Source: Candidatus Iainarchaeum sp.
GTDB lineage: Archaea; Iainarchaeota; Iainarchaeia; Iainarchaeales; JAZDEL01
Assembly: GCA_043808785.1 (NCBI GenBank)
Contig: JAZDEL010000001.1
Location: forward strand, 60,001-92,000
Direction: 5' to 3'
DNA: 32,000 nucleotides
Shown here one piece after another: positions 1 through 8,614 of the stretch. Position 1 is the first letter of the stretch. Each line of letters opens with the position of its first letter. Both the position numbers and the translations under genes were made by a program. A model generated the notes under the pieces. The model was not told the DNA's origin and did not search any database. It was given only the letters and a program-made list of their open reading frames with translations.

Positions 1-960
1 TTCCCCTAACACCGCCTTCTCGAATTCAATTTCAAATTTAACAAGGCTGCCCCCTTCCTTGAGCAGGTTCTCAACATCGGCTATCTTGTAGTGTGAGGCG
101 GTTTCCTTTACAACATCCTCCGCGTTCTTCGCGAGGAACGCATTCATTACCTTCTTCGCGGAAATCCTGCCCCCTTCGATTGCATCAAACCCTTCCGCTT
201 CCGAGGGTTTTTCGCGCAGCGCCCTTACAAGGTTTGTAACATTGCGCTCGTCTATCTCCGCCTCGAGCAGGGAGAGGATTTTGCTGTCCGTTACCGCTGC
301 GGCGCCAAACATTTCCCGCATGGTGGAATAATAATGCTTATCCAGTTCCGTCATAAGCGCCCCAATTTCAGAGTCCTGTGCGTGCTTCCTGATGATTTTC
401 CCATATTCACGCAGTTCCGCCTTTGCCTCGAGCCTGTCCGCAAGTTCGGAAGCGTTCTTAAGTTCCAGCAGGGAAAGGTAAAAGTCCTTTTTGAACTGCC
501 CTGCAACCATAAGCATGGGCATTATTTCATCCTTGGGTTTTTTGAAGTGGATTCCGAGGAAAATTGTTTTTATGTTCTTCAGGATATAGCGCCTTGTTGT
601 AATCGAAAGGAATGCTTCCGCATCCTTCGGCGCGACCCTGTTCAGCTTTTCGAAATAGCGCTCGAAATTGCGCGCGAATGCGATGTCAAGGAGTTTCACT
701 TTGTCGTCCTTGGCGTATGCCGAGGCGTTCACAAGGTCGGCCCTGTAATCGGTTTTCTCGAGCATGCTCATGAGTTCCTTTTCATTCTTCGCTGAAATCA
801 TGCCGTCATAATCCTTCGAAGTGAAAAGCCTTGCGCGCATCGCCTTTATGCGCGTGTTCGCATAACCGTAAGTGAGCGCGCGCATTGCAACGCTCTCTTT
901 GAGGGGATTTGGCATAGGGGCGGAACCGTTTGCCGCCCTCGGTGAAATGCTCATTTTCAT
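1..960 (-). CDS. atpC: A1AO (A/V-type) ATP synthase subunit C, first 320 codons; the 3' end lies beyond the window start
   Basis: Not in the ORF track because there is no stop in the window. My translation from ATG 960-958 reads MKMSISPRAANGSAPMPNPLKESVAMRALTYGYANTRIKAMRARLFTSKDYDGMISAKNEKELMSMLEKTDYRADLV... and stays open to base 1. YGYANTRIKAMRARLF is the typical subunit C/d N-terminus. ATGA start/stop overlap with atpE, and the position fits the H-I-K-E-C order. Confidence 0.85.
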   Translation of the reverse strand, partial: MKMSISPRAANGSAPMPNPLKESVAMRALTYGYANTRIKAMRARLFTSKDYDGMISAKNEKELMSMLEKTDYRADLVNASAYAKDDKVKLLDIAFARNFERYFEKLNRVAPKDAEAFLSITTRRYILKNIKTIFLGIHFKKPKDEIMPMLMVAGQFKKDFYLSLLELKNASELADRLEAKAELREYGKIIRKHAQDSEIGALMTELDKHYYSTMREMFGAAAVTDSKILSLLEAEIDERNVTNLVRALREKPSEAEGFDAIEGGRISAKKVMNAFLAKNAEDVVKETASHYKIADVENLLKEGGSLVKFEIEFEKAVLGE

Positions 961-1523
961 TTCTTCCCCCCGAACAATGCCTCGTGTATTGCCGCATAAA
1001 GCGCGGGTTTCTTTTCCTCCATAAGGGATTCAAAGGATGCGTCAACAGCAACCTTCCCATCTTCACTGACAACCCTTATTCCCCCGCGCATTTCAGCGGA
1101 GGAAACGTTTTTGGCGAACTTTTTGGCAAGGGAAAGGTCGTCCTTGTTCACAAAGGCTTTGCAGTTCTTGCCCAATTGCTTCTCCGCTTCGGTGTAGTTC
1201 GACCTGAGGAAATCCGCGTAACCAGCGCTCCCTTTGAACTCATCGAGCGCGGAACTGACACGCTCAAGGTTTTTCTCAATTGCCTTTGCCTTCGCTTCCG
1301 CAACAATCCTGTCCGCCTCCAGCTGCGCCGAGCTGAGTGCATGCATTCCCGCTTCCCTGAGGTAGTGCTCCGCCTCCTCCTTGGCTTTCTTCATTAAAGC
1401 GGAGCCCTCCTTCCTTGCTTCCTCGAGGGCCTGGCTGCGCCTGAGCGCAGCCGAGCCGCGTATCGCATCCTCCTCCTTCTTCGTGCCCGCCTCTATCTCG
1501 GACACCAGCTTTTCCAGGGACAT
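957..1523 (-). CDS. atpE: A1AO ATP synthase subunit E (peripheral stalk)
   Basis: 188 aa with a long N-terminal coiled coil (EEARKEGSALMKKAKEEAEHYLREA...) and a globular C-terminus. Lies between the proteolipid gene and subunit C. Confidence 0.85.
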   Translation of the reverse strand: MSLEKLVSEIEAGTKKEEDAIRGSAALRRSQALEEARKEGSALMKKAKEEAEHYLREAGMHALSSAQLEADRIVAEAKAKAIEKNLERVSSALDEFKGSAGYADFLRSNYTEAEKQLGKNCKAFVNKDDLSLAKKFAKNVSSAEMRGGIRVVSEDGKVAVDASFESLMEEKKPALYAAIHEALFGGKK

Positions 1524-1535
1524 GATGATGCACGT

Positions 1536-1775
1536 TTATGCCAGCGCCGGTATCTTCAGGATGAGCAGCATCCCCACAACGAAACCGAATATGACTATTG
1601 TTTCGGGGATTGCTATCCATATTATGAGCTTCATCGCGTCCTCCGGCCTTTCGGCAATGACTCCCATTGCCGAAGCGCCTATGGACGCCTGCGCCCATGC
1701 AGTGCCTAGCGCGCCGCCGAACACCGCAATTCCGGCTGCAAGTGCCAGCAAGCCCGCTGTTTCGAACACTACCAT
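1536..1775 (-). CDS. atpK: A1AO ATP synthase proteolipid subunit K (c), single hairpin
   Basis: 79 aa with two hydrophobic helices. GxGxGxG-like helix 1 (GIAVFGGALGTAWAQASIGASAMG) and the IPET carboxylate motif in helix 2. AGGAGGTG (revcomp of 1781-1788) precedes the ATG. Confidence 0.9.
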   Translation of the reverse strand: MVVFETAGLLALAAGIAVFGGALGTAWAQASIGASAMGVIAERPEDAMKLIIWIAIPETIVIFGFVVGMLLILKIPALA

Positions 1776-3677
1776 TCACTCCACCTCCTTGTTGATCTTA
1801 AAGGGCTTATACTCCGTGCCCCCGCCGTGGAAGAACTTCGAGCTGAATTCCACAACAGTAAGCCTTCCGCCCTGTATTATGGACTCAAACATCGCTAAAA
1901 ATGCATTAAACAGATGACCTAATATAAATATCGGAAGCAGGACCAGGGCAAACAGGCCCTTTTCAGGGGAAGGGAAGGCAACCTCGTTCAGGATTACCGC
2001 TATGACCACGCCGGCAAGCCCCACAGCCATTATCCTTGAGAATGAAAGTATGTTGCCTGCAACGCTCGGCAACTCTATAAGTGCAATAGGCCCCTCTGTT
2101 GCCACTACTATGAGGATTGAAACCGCTGTTGCAATTCCGAAAGCCATGAAGTCCGCGTTTGTGAACATCGCATTAACCGTGAGCGAGCCGAAAACCACCG
2201 TGCATGCCCAGGCAAGCTTCGCTATGGCATGCTTGTTGTGCCTTTCCATGTAGGCGTTTATTGCCCCGAAAATGAAACCGAGCGTAATCACTGCCGCCCC
2301 CACAATTAACGTGAGCGCAAGCAACTGCTCTATGTTGATAAGCCTCTCCATGCCGTGGTAGAGGTGCACATTCATTCCGAACTTCCCAAGCAGTTCGTGG
2401 TGCGAAAAGCCGAAGTATTCGTCGAAGATTACGCCGAAAATCATCGTGGGAAGCGCCGCAAGGAACCAGAGCGTTGCAACCGACCTGAGCATTCCTTTTG
2501 GCGCCGAGATGCGTATAAACACATAGGCAAGGATAAGTGAAATTATCCCGTACCCGAAATCCCCGACCATCATCCCGTAAATGTAGGGCAGCAAAAGCGT
2601 GAACGCAAAACTGGGGTCAAGTTCCCTTGGGGACGGGAGCGCGGAAAACCTTGTGATAAATTCAAACGGCTTTATCAGCCCCGGGTTCTTGAGCAAAACG
2701 GGAATTTCCTCGTGCCCTTTCGAAAGTTCATTGCTCCCTTCAGCCTCAATGTGCGTTGTGCCCATTTTTTTCGCGTATTCGGCAAAGCCCGCATACTCTT
2801 CCTCCGGCATGTAAAATTCAATTACAGTGAATTCCCTGCTCCCCGCGAATTTCATCGCGGCTTCCGCCCTCTCCTTCTCTGTTTCGAGGGTTTTTTTCAT
2901 TTCAGCAAGGGAAGCCGAATATTTCGCCGCAAGGGAGGAAAGTCCATGTTCAAGCGAGGACTTTTTCGATTCAGCCCCTTTCAATTCCGCCTTCAGCGCC
3001 GCAAGCCTTTTCGCAACATTCACGTGCGGCATCTGCGCGGGTTCCGCAATTTTCCCAATCTCCTGCGTGAACTCCCCGAGCCTGCGTTTATCGACAGCAA
3101 CTATGGCAAAAACCTTCTGCTTATCCACATGCTTCGTGAAAAGCGCGCAGCCGAGCCTGTCGGAAAGCGCGTTAAGCGCATCCATTTTCGCGGCTTTGAG
3201 CGTGAACGCGTGGAATTCGGCGTTCGCGCTCTCCAGCCCTGAAAAATCTATGCCGAATTTGGAGAAAGGCTTCAGGTATTCGGTTTCGTCGCTTATTTTC
3301 TTTATTTCCGCGCAGGACATGTCGTGCGAATTCTTTATATCGGCAACTCTGGAATCGATGGCCTCGATTTTTTTCATGTTGAGTTTTTCCGCGCCGTTTT
3401 TTCCCGCACGCAAATTGCCGTTTGCGTTTTTTCCGTTCCTCTTTCCGTTTCCCGCCCCCGCCCTGCACTTGCCCAGAACGGAAATCATCCCCTCAGCCTT
3501 AATCAGCGATGCAACGGTTTCGGAATAGCCTTCGAGCGCCTGCCCGCTGTAAAGCCCCGCAATGTGCACATCTTTCAGATGCCCCCTGCCGTACTCGTGA
3601 AGCAGCCTGACATTCCCCGGCAGTTCCTTTTTGAGGCCGAAAACCCTGACCTTGCACATGCGTTCCGGGAAAATCAT
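1776..3677 (-). CDS. atpI: A1AO ATP synthase subunit I (a)
   Basis: 633 aa with an N-terminal cytoplasmic coiled-coil half and a C-terminal multi-TM half that carries the conserved Arg context LSFSRIMAVGLAG. Its stop codon abuts the atpK start. Confidence 0.9.
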   Translation of the reverse strand: MIFPERMCKVRVFGLKKELPGNVRLLHEYGRGHLKDVHIAGLYSGQALEGYSETVASLIKAEGMISVLGKCRAGAGNGKRNGKNANGNLRAGKNGAEKLNMKKIEAIDSRVADIKNSHDMSCAEIKKISDETEYLKPFSKFGIDFSGLESANAEFHAFTLKAAKMDALNALSDRLGCALFTKHVDKQKVFAIVAVDKRRLGEFTQEIGKIAEPAQMPHVNVAKRLAALKAELKGAESKKSSLEHGLSSLAAKYSASLAEMKKTLETEKERAEAAMKFAGSREFTVIEFYMPEEEYAGFAEYAKKMGTTHIEAEGSNELSKGHEEIPVLLKNPGLIKPFEFITRFSALPSPRELDPSFAFTLLLPYIYGMMVGDFGYGIISLILAYVFIRISAPKGMLRSVATLWFLAALPTMIFGVIFDEYFGFSHHELLGKFGMNVHLYHGMERLINIEQLLALTLIVGAAVITLGFIFGAINAYMERHNKHAIAKLAWACTVVFGSLTVNAMFTNADFMAFGIATAVSILIVVATEGPIALIELPSVAGNILSFSRIMAVGLAGVVIAVILNEVAFPSPEKGLFALVLLPIFILGHLFNAFLAMFESIIQGGRLTVVEFSSKFFHGGGTEYKPFKINKEVE

Positions 3678-3694
3678 AATTACCCCATCGGTTT

Positions 3695-4009
3695 TCAGCC
3701 CGTGATAATCTTGAGTATTTTCCTTGTGTCATCCTTTCCGAGCGCGGCCTTCTCGAAATTCAGCCCCGCCCTTGCCTTTTCTATTATTTTTGATTTCTTC
3801 TGTTCCGTGGCCCTGAGGCCTTCCTTAATCAGCTCTTCCTTGGTTTTGCGCGCGTCTTCCCCTTTCTTGAGCCTGAGGTGCGCGGCCTCGACTTTGGCAT
3901 CCTGCAGCGCCTTTTCCGCCCTTTCCCCCGCGCTCTTCAGGGCGCTTTCTTTCCTGCTTTCCGCCTTCTTCAGGGCGTCAATTTCCTTATTAAAGCCGGC
4001 GCTGTCCAT
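3695..4009 (-). CDS. atpH: A1AO ATP synthase subunit H (small coiled-coil stalk subunit)
   Basis: 104 aa, entirely charged coiled coil. It is the first gene of the operon, directly upstream of atpI. GGTGAGAGG precedes the ATG. Confidence 0.7.
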   Translation of the reverse strand: MDSAGFNKEIDALKKAESRKESALKSAGERAEKALQDAKVEAAHLRLKKGEDARKTKEELIKEGLRATEQKKSKIIEKARAGLNFEKAALGKDDTRKILKIITG

Positions 4010-4099
4010 CCTCTCACCAATGGGGGATTGAAGGCAATTTCCGGCGCGGTTGCAGCGCGAAAACGCCCCTAATCAATCAAGATAAAACCCAAAAACTAT

Positions 4100-4411
4100 T
4101 TAAACTCTTTCTGGGCGGAACCGCGCTTTTTGGGGGCTTTTTTTGGGTTTTGAGTTTTTTTCTCGCCCTGCATGCCCTGCCGCGCTTCCTTTGCCCTCCG
4201 ATATGCCCTTCCTAACCTTCCCGAACACAAAGGGGATTGTGATTGCGCATATGGCAAGGAAAATGCCGAAGTCGAACATAGCGCTCGCTTCATCGAGGAT
4301 GCCGAGCTTAACTGCAATAAGCAGCACGGTTATTGCAAGCAGGAACGCGGGAAAGTAAATGAGCATAACGAAAACAAGCGCGAATTTTTGTGTGTTGTCC
4401 ATACCGCTCAC
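4100..4411 (-). CDS. small membrane protein, unknown function
   Basis: 103 aa with two clear hydrophobic helices and a basic C-terminal tail. ATGA overlap with the upstream 312-aa ORF. Confidence 0.55.
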   Translation of the reverse strand: MSGMDNTQKFALVFVMLIYFPAFLLAITVLLIAVKLGILDEASAMFDFGIFLAICAITIPFVFGKVRKGISEGKGSAAGHAGREKNSKPKKSPQKARFRPERV

Positions 4412-5346
4412 TTCCCGTTCCTCTTCCCGAACATCTTTTCCCGTGCCAGCCCCTCTTCGAGCGCGCTGACAAGCGAGATTGTGAAACTCGGGCTAAGTAT
4501 CCCCTTTTCAATCATCCAGCGCTCGATTGGAATTTGAAGTCCGACCTGTTCATCATAATATGTCCTGAAACCATGCCTTTCTCTTCCCCTGTCGAACTCC
4601 TTCTTGTCAAGGTAAGCCTGCCGCTCCATTAGCAAGATTTTCTTGTCTCCTTCCTGCATTTCCTTGCTCATAAATTGCATCCGCTCCATGGGTTTTTTGC
4701 CGCGGGTTTTGATTATTTTATAATACTCATTTCCTCCGGCATTCTTCAGTTCCCTGTACTCCCTGGCTGCTCCCTTGCCCGACATAGCAAGGTGACCTCT
4801 ACTTCTTGCTACTTTGTACTCCTCCTCTACTGAATCTATCTTTTGCATAAGCGCCCCGTGGCGCTTCTTAATCTCCTCGTTAAGGCGCTTCATCTGCCCA
4901 AGCACTTGCTCCTTGTCGATGCCTTCCTTGAACAATGCCGATCTTACAGTGACCCAATAGTGCCCTGTATCCATGTGTAAAAGGAAGTTGTTCACTACTC
5001 TTCCGGTTTTACTGTCGTAGCCGTAATCACCCAGCCCCCAGCCTTTCCGCGCGGTTTCCAGGGAGCCCTTACCTGTTTCGAACAGACGCTCATATTCAGC
5101 GCCGCCGGTTTCGGTCTTCACGAAGTCTATCTGCGCCACGTTCTCCTTCGCAAGCCTCTGCATCTCGTGTATTTTTTCCATGTGGCCCCTGACAAGCGCC
5201 CCTATCTCGCGCTCGTGTGGCCTGATTTTCATAAGCGGGAAAAGCCTGCCTTCAAACACGGGCTTTGGCGTTCCCTGCCTGAACTGCCTTTTCACGCGCA
5301 CAGCCTTTACTTTCTTAATTGCGGCCGAACCCGCGCCCCTTAGCAT
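4408..5346 (-). CDS. hypothetical protein (312 aa, soluble, charged), no motif recognised
   Basis: Long ORF with coding-like composition. Translationally coupled to the downstream membrane ORF. Confidence 0.6.
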   Translation of the reverse strand: MLRGAGSAAIKKVKAVRVKRQFRQGTPKPVFEGRLFPLMKIRPHEREIGALVRGHMEKIHEMQRLAKENVAQIDFVKTETGGAEYERLFETGKGSLETARKGWGLGDYGYDSKTGRVVNNFLLHMDTGHYWVTVRSALFKEGIDKEQVLGQMKRLNEEIKKRHGALMQKIDSVEEEYKVARSRGHLAMSGKGAAREYRELKNAGGNEYYKIIKTRGKKPMERMQFMSKEMQEGDKKILLMERQAYLDKKEFDRGRERHGFRTYYDEQVGLQIPIERWMIEKGILSPSFTISLVSALEEGLAREKMFGKRNGK

Positions 5347-5419
5347 ACAAAAGCAACGCCGCCGCGGAATTTAATTGTTTCCCCGCGTGCATTAGGTGCC
5401 GCCTTCGCCAGGCGCGCGT

Positions 5420-5875
5420 TCAGTGCTCCTTAATCTTCTCAAGCAGTATCGCGGGGCAGACGCGGTTGACGCCCTCGATGTTTTCGATTTTTCCCGAAAC
5501 AAACTGCCTCAGTTCAGCCATGTCCTTTGCCCACACCTCGACAATTATCTGGTGGTCGCCCGAGCATGTTGCGATGAACTTAACCTCGGGAAGCGCCTTA
5601 AGCTTTTCCACAGCGGCAAGGTAGTGCTCGACAGCAACATCCACCCCCACGAGCGCGTCGACCTCCATCCCGAGCTTGCGGTTATCGACAACAGCGGAGT
5701 ATTTCCTTATCACTGCGTTTTTCTCGAGCCTTTTCACACGCTTCCTTATCAGCGATTCGCTGACGTGCAGTTCCTTTGCAATGCGCGTGAAGGGGGTGCG
5801 GGCGTTGCCCATCAGGATTTCGACAATCCTCGCGTCTTTTGCGTCAACCCCTGCCATGGCAAAAACCAACCGCAT
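5420..5875 (-). CDS. Lrp/AsnC family transcriptional regulator
   Basis: N-terminal HTH (DAKDARIVEILMGNARTPFTRIAKELHVSESLIRKRVKRLEKNAVI) plus a C-terminal RAM/AsnC_trans_reg domain. ATG 5857 (MAGVD...) is an alternative start. Confidence 0.85.
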   Translation of the reverse strand: MRLVFAMAGVDAKDARIVEILMGNARTPFTRIAKELHVSESLIRKRVKRLEKNAVIRKYSAVVDNRKLGMEVDALVGVDVAVEHYLAAVEKLKALPEVKFIATCSGDHQIIVEVWAKDMAELRQFVSGKIENIEGVNRVCPAILLEKIKEH

Positions 5876-5891
5876 AGTTCCAATATTTCAC

Positions 5892-5920
5892 ATAATTAGT
5901 GCGTAATTCGCACTAATTAT
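5892..5920. promoter_or_regulatory. Perfect 12-bp-arm inverted repeat ATAATTAGTGCG-taatt-CGCACTAATTAT, candidate operator in the divergent promoter region
   Basis: Read directly from the sequence. Lies between the Lrp/AsnC start (5875/5857) and the rubrerythrin start (5980). Confidence 0.5.
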
Positions 5921-5979
5921 TACTATTACATACCATTATTTAATTGTTTTGGTAATGAATGCTTGAAGGAGGCGTATTT

Positions 5980-6501
5980 ATGGTAAAATTATGGAGATGC
6001 GAAATATGCGGCGACCCTTACATAGGGGAAACGCCCCCGCAGAACTGCCCGTTCTGCGGCGCGCATAGTAAGCACATAAAGGACTTCCGCAGTGCGAAAG
6101 TCACGTTTGATGTCAATCTCGGCGCAAAGGACCTCGCTAATGCCAAGCACGCGCTCGAGGTAGAGGTGAGCAATGCATCGTTTTATTTCTGCGCCTCGAA
6201 GAGCGTGAAGGATGAGGAGGGCAAAAACCTTTTCAAGGCGCTCGGGAAAATAGAGGCCGAGCACGCGGCGATATGGCGCAAAATCCTGAAGCTCGATAAA
6301 GTTCCCGAGGGAAACGAAAAATGCTCGCCCGATTACAAGGCTGACCTCGATGAGTCGCACGCTCGCGAAACCCGCGCGATAGAGTTTTACCGCAAAGCGG
6401 CAAAGGAGGCGGAGAACGCGCGCATAAAGCAGATTTTCACCGCGCTTGTCGAGGTGGAAACCGACCATCTCAAGCTTTCCGCGGAACGCGGGGCGAAATA
6501 G
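5980..6501 (+). CDS. rbr: rubrerythrin with N-terminal rubredoxin-like domain (reverse rubrerythrin arrangement)
   Basis: [14 protein letters not shown]...CPFCG (CxxC...CxxC) followed by ferritin-like ExxH motifs ([15 protein letters not shown]). AGGAGG at 5967-5972 sits 7 nt before ATG 5980. The ORF-track start at 5959 is probably too early. Confidence 0.85.
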   Translation: MVKLWRCEICGDPYIGETPPQNCPFCGAHSKHIKDFRSAKVTFDVNLGAKDLANAKHALEVEVSNASFYFCASKSVKDEEGKNLFKALGKIEAEHAAIWRKILKLDKVPEGNEKCSPDYKADLDESHARETRAIEFYRKAAKEAENARIKQIFTALVEVETDHLKLSAERGAK

Positions 6502-6532
6502 CGGGCGGAATATAATTAACGGAGGCAAAAAA

Positions 6533-6910
6533 ATGACAGAACTGAATGAAATATACAAATGCGACATATGCGGCAACATTGTGGAAATGGTGCACACAGG
6601 CATGGGCACGCTGGTTTGCTGCGGGGAGCCGATGAAGCTGCAACGGGAGAAAACAAAGGACGAGGGAAAGGAGAAGCATGTGCCGGTTATTGAGAAGAGC
6701 GAAAAAGGGTTCGTGGTTAAGGTCGGCTCGGTTCCGCACCCGATGGCGGAGAAGCACTATATAGAATGGATAGAGGTAATCACGGACGGCATTGTGCGCA
6801 GGAAACACCTGAAGCCGGGGATGAAGCCCGAGGCGGAGTTCTGCGCGAAGGCCGGCTCCGCGATAGTGCGCGAATACTGCAATGTGCACGGCCTGTGGAA
6901 GGGTAAGTGA
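6533..6910 (+). CDS. dfx: desulfoferrodoxin (2Fe superoxide reductase)
   Basis: 125 aa. Desulforedoxin-like [13 protein letters not shown]...VCCGEPM, then a neelaredoxin domain (KHVPVI, HPM, EHYIEW, CNVHGLW). GGAGG at 6521-6525 precedes ATG 6533. Confidence 0.9.
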   Translation: MTELNEIYKCDICGNIVEMVHTGMGTLVCCGEPMKLQREKTKDEGKEKHVPVIEKSEKGFVVKVGSVPHPMAEKHYIEWIEVITDGIVRRKHLKPGMKPEAEFCAKAGSAIVREYCNVHGLWKGK

Positions 6911-6919
6911 AAGCGGGCG

Positions 6920-7579
6920 TTGGCAGATGGTAGCATGCGCAGCCTTTCCAGCCTTGTCGGCGTGGTGAATAAAAACAAAAAATCCCGCGCTGCAGGGTTG
7001 GTTAAGTTGCGCATGCGCGAGTTCCGCGCTTTCAGGAAGGCGGGGAATAAGGAACTCTTCGGCGAACTGTGCTTCTGCTTACTCACCGCAAACTATTCAG
7101 CGGAGGGCGGAATTAAAGTACAGTGTGCGGTAGGAGACGGCTTCATTAGCCTTCCCGAATTCGCGCTCGCGAAAAAACTGCGCGCGTGCGGCTACAGGTT
7201 CCCTAACGTGCGGGCGAAATATATTGTCGAGGCGAGGAAGCACAAAAACAAACTGCGCGAATTGCTTGGTTCTTTCGGTTCCGAAAAGGAGGCGCGCGAA
7301 TGGCTCGTGAAAAACGTCAAGGGCATCGGCTGGAAGGAGGCGAGTCATTTTTTGCGGAACGTCGGTTATGAGGATGTTGCGATAGTTGATTTTCACATAA
7401 TCGACTTGCTTAAAAAGCACAATTTGTTGGACAAGGAAATCCGCAAGGGCGCTTTAACCGAAAAAAAATACCTCGAAATAGAGCGCATCCTTTCCGAACT
7501 TGCCAAGAGGGCAAAAACAAGCCTCGCCGAACTTGACCTCTATTTATGGTTCGAGGAAACCGGAAAGGTGCTGAAATAA
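6920..7579 (+). CDS. ogg: N-glycosylase/DNA lyase, archaeal Ogg2-type 8-oxoguanine glycosylase
   Basis: HhH-GPD signature KGIGWKEASHFLRNVGYEDVAIVDFHI and the FCLLTANYSAE motif. The start is uncertain: TTG 6920 or ATG 6935. Confidence 0.8.
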   Translation: MADGSMRSLSSLVGVVNKNKKSRAAGLVKLRMREFRAFRKAGNKELFGELCFCLLTANYSAEGGIKVQCAVGDGFISLPEFALAKKLRACGYRFPNVRAKYIVEARKHKNKLRELLGSFGSEKEAREWLVKNVKGIGWKEASHFLRNVGYEDVAIVDFHIIDLLKKHNLLDKEIRKGALTEKKYLEIERILSELAKRAKTSLAELDLYLWFEETGKVLK

Positions 7580-7583
7580 CGCG

Positions 7584-7958
7584 CTACTGCGTTCTCCATT
7601 CCCTGCCCTCGGGAAACAGTTCCTGCCTGTCCTTTTCGGTGATGCAGCCGTCATGGTCCGCATCCGCGGGCTCGTTGTAATTGTCCCCGTTCTCGCACCC
7701 GCCCATGAACCTGTCGAATATGGCGAGGTCGGCATCGCCGCAGTCGAAGTCAAAATCCAGGTCGCAGGGCAAAAACGGGCACATAACCTGCACAGGCCCT
7801 ATCGGGCAGAGAAGGCAGCCGATGGAAGGGCGGCATCTCGATTTCACGGTATCGCAGGTTGCCTTGCAGGTGGTGAAATATAATGCCGCAGATAAAATAA
7901 TCAGCCCTATTGCCACAGCAGCAATAATCAGGATTTTCCCGTTTTTCATGTTTAGCAT
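7584..7958 (-). CDS. small Cys-rich secreted or membrane-anchored protein with EF-hand/dockerin-like DxDxDG loop
   Basis: N-terminal signal anchor KILIIAAVAIGLIILSAALYF, 12 Cys residues, and a C-terminal DADHDGCITEKD calcium-loop-like motif. Confidence 0.55.
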   Translation of the reverse strand: MLNMKNGKILIIAAVAIGLIILSAALYFTTCKATCDTVKSRCRPSIGCLLCPIGPVQVMCPFLPCDLDFDFDCGDADLAIFDRFMGGCENGDNYNEPADADHDGCITEKDRQELFPEGREWRTQ

Positions 7959-8002
7959 ATTGCGTTTTCAGGTATTTATTGGTTGCGCCTGCCGGTTTTG
8001 CC

Positions 8003-8458
8003 CTATTCAACAGGGAAAGGGTTCAAATTTTCCTTCACAATTTCCAGGACAAGGTTTGTCGTTGTGCGCTCCACAAACGGCTCGGCCATGAGCTTCTTAA
8101 CGAACTTGTTAAGGTCGCCGGTGCGCTTGAACTTCGCGATTATGGCGCAGTCCGCTTCCCCTGTAACGTCATAAACGCAGCAAACGTTCTTGTGCGAGGA
8201 GTATTTCTTCTCAATCTCCTCGAGATGCCCGCCCTTTATGTTAACATTTATTATTGCCGCTATGTCGTAGCCCAGCTTTCCGTGGTCTATCGCGGGAATG
8301 AAGCCCCGAAGGATTTTTTCCCTCTCGAGCGCCTTCATCCTGTTGTGCACCGTGCCCATGGTTGTGCCCATCTTTTTCGCCGCGTCCTTGTAGCGCAGGC
8401 TGCCCTTCTCTATGAGGAGGTTGAGCAGTTTCCTGTCGAAATCGTCCACACCCGGCAT
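8003..8458 (-). CDS. Lrp/AsnC family transcriptional regulator
   Basis: HTH (DRKLLNLLIEKGSLRYKDAAKKMGTTMGTVHNRMKALEREKIL) plus a RAM domain. Divergent from glnA. Confidence 0.85.
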   Translation of the reverse strand: MPGVDDFDRKLLNLLIEKGSLRYKDAAKKMGTTMGTVHNRMKALEREKILRGFIPAIDHGKLGYDIAAIINVNIKGGHLEEIEKKYSSHKNVCCVYDVTGEADCAIIAKFKRTGDLNKFVKKLMAEPFVERTTTNLVLEIVKENLNPFPVE

Positions 8459-8570
8459 TTTTCATCACCAAAAAAGTTTCATTATTCGGCGTTAAAATTA
8501 AAAAAATTCAAATTAACAAGGATAATTTATACGAATCTTTTTAAAAAGTTTAGCAAAAATGCTCACTGCC

Positions 8571-8578
8571 TTTAAATA
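8571..8578 (+). promoter_or_regulatory. TATA-like box TTTAAATA upstream of glnA
   Basis: About 40 nt before the start codon and about 26 nt before the AGGAGG at 8604-8609. Confidence 0.4.
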
Positions 8579-8614
8579 CCCCCGCGCAGTTCTCTTTTCA
8601 TCAAAGGAGGCGGT

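Noticed and set aside
334-795. 153-aa plus-strand ORF (and 806-1072 minus)
   Set aside because: The region is fully explained by the minus-strand atpC reading frame, which is open from 960 to base 1 and has a recognisable subunit C N-terminus.
1522-1530. ATGATGATG as a C box
   Set aside because: It lies in the 12-nt atpK-atpE junction on the antisense strand, with no D box or guide architecture.
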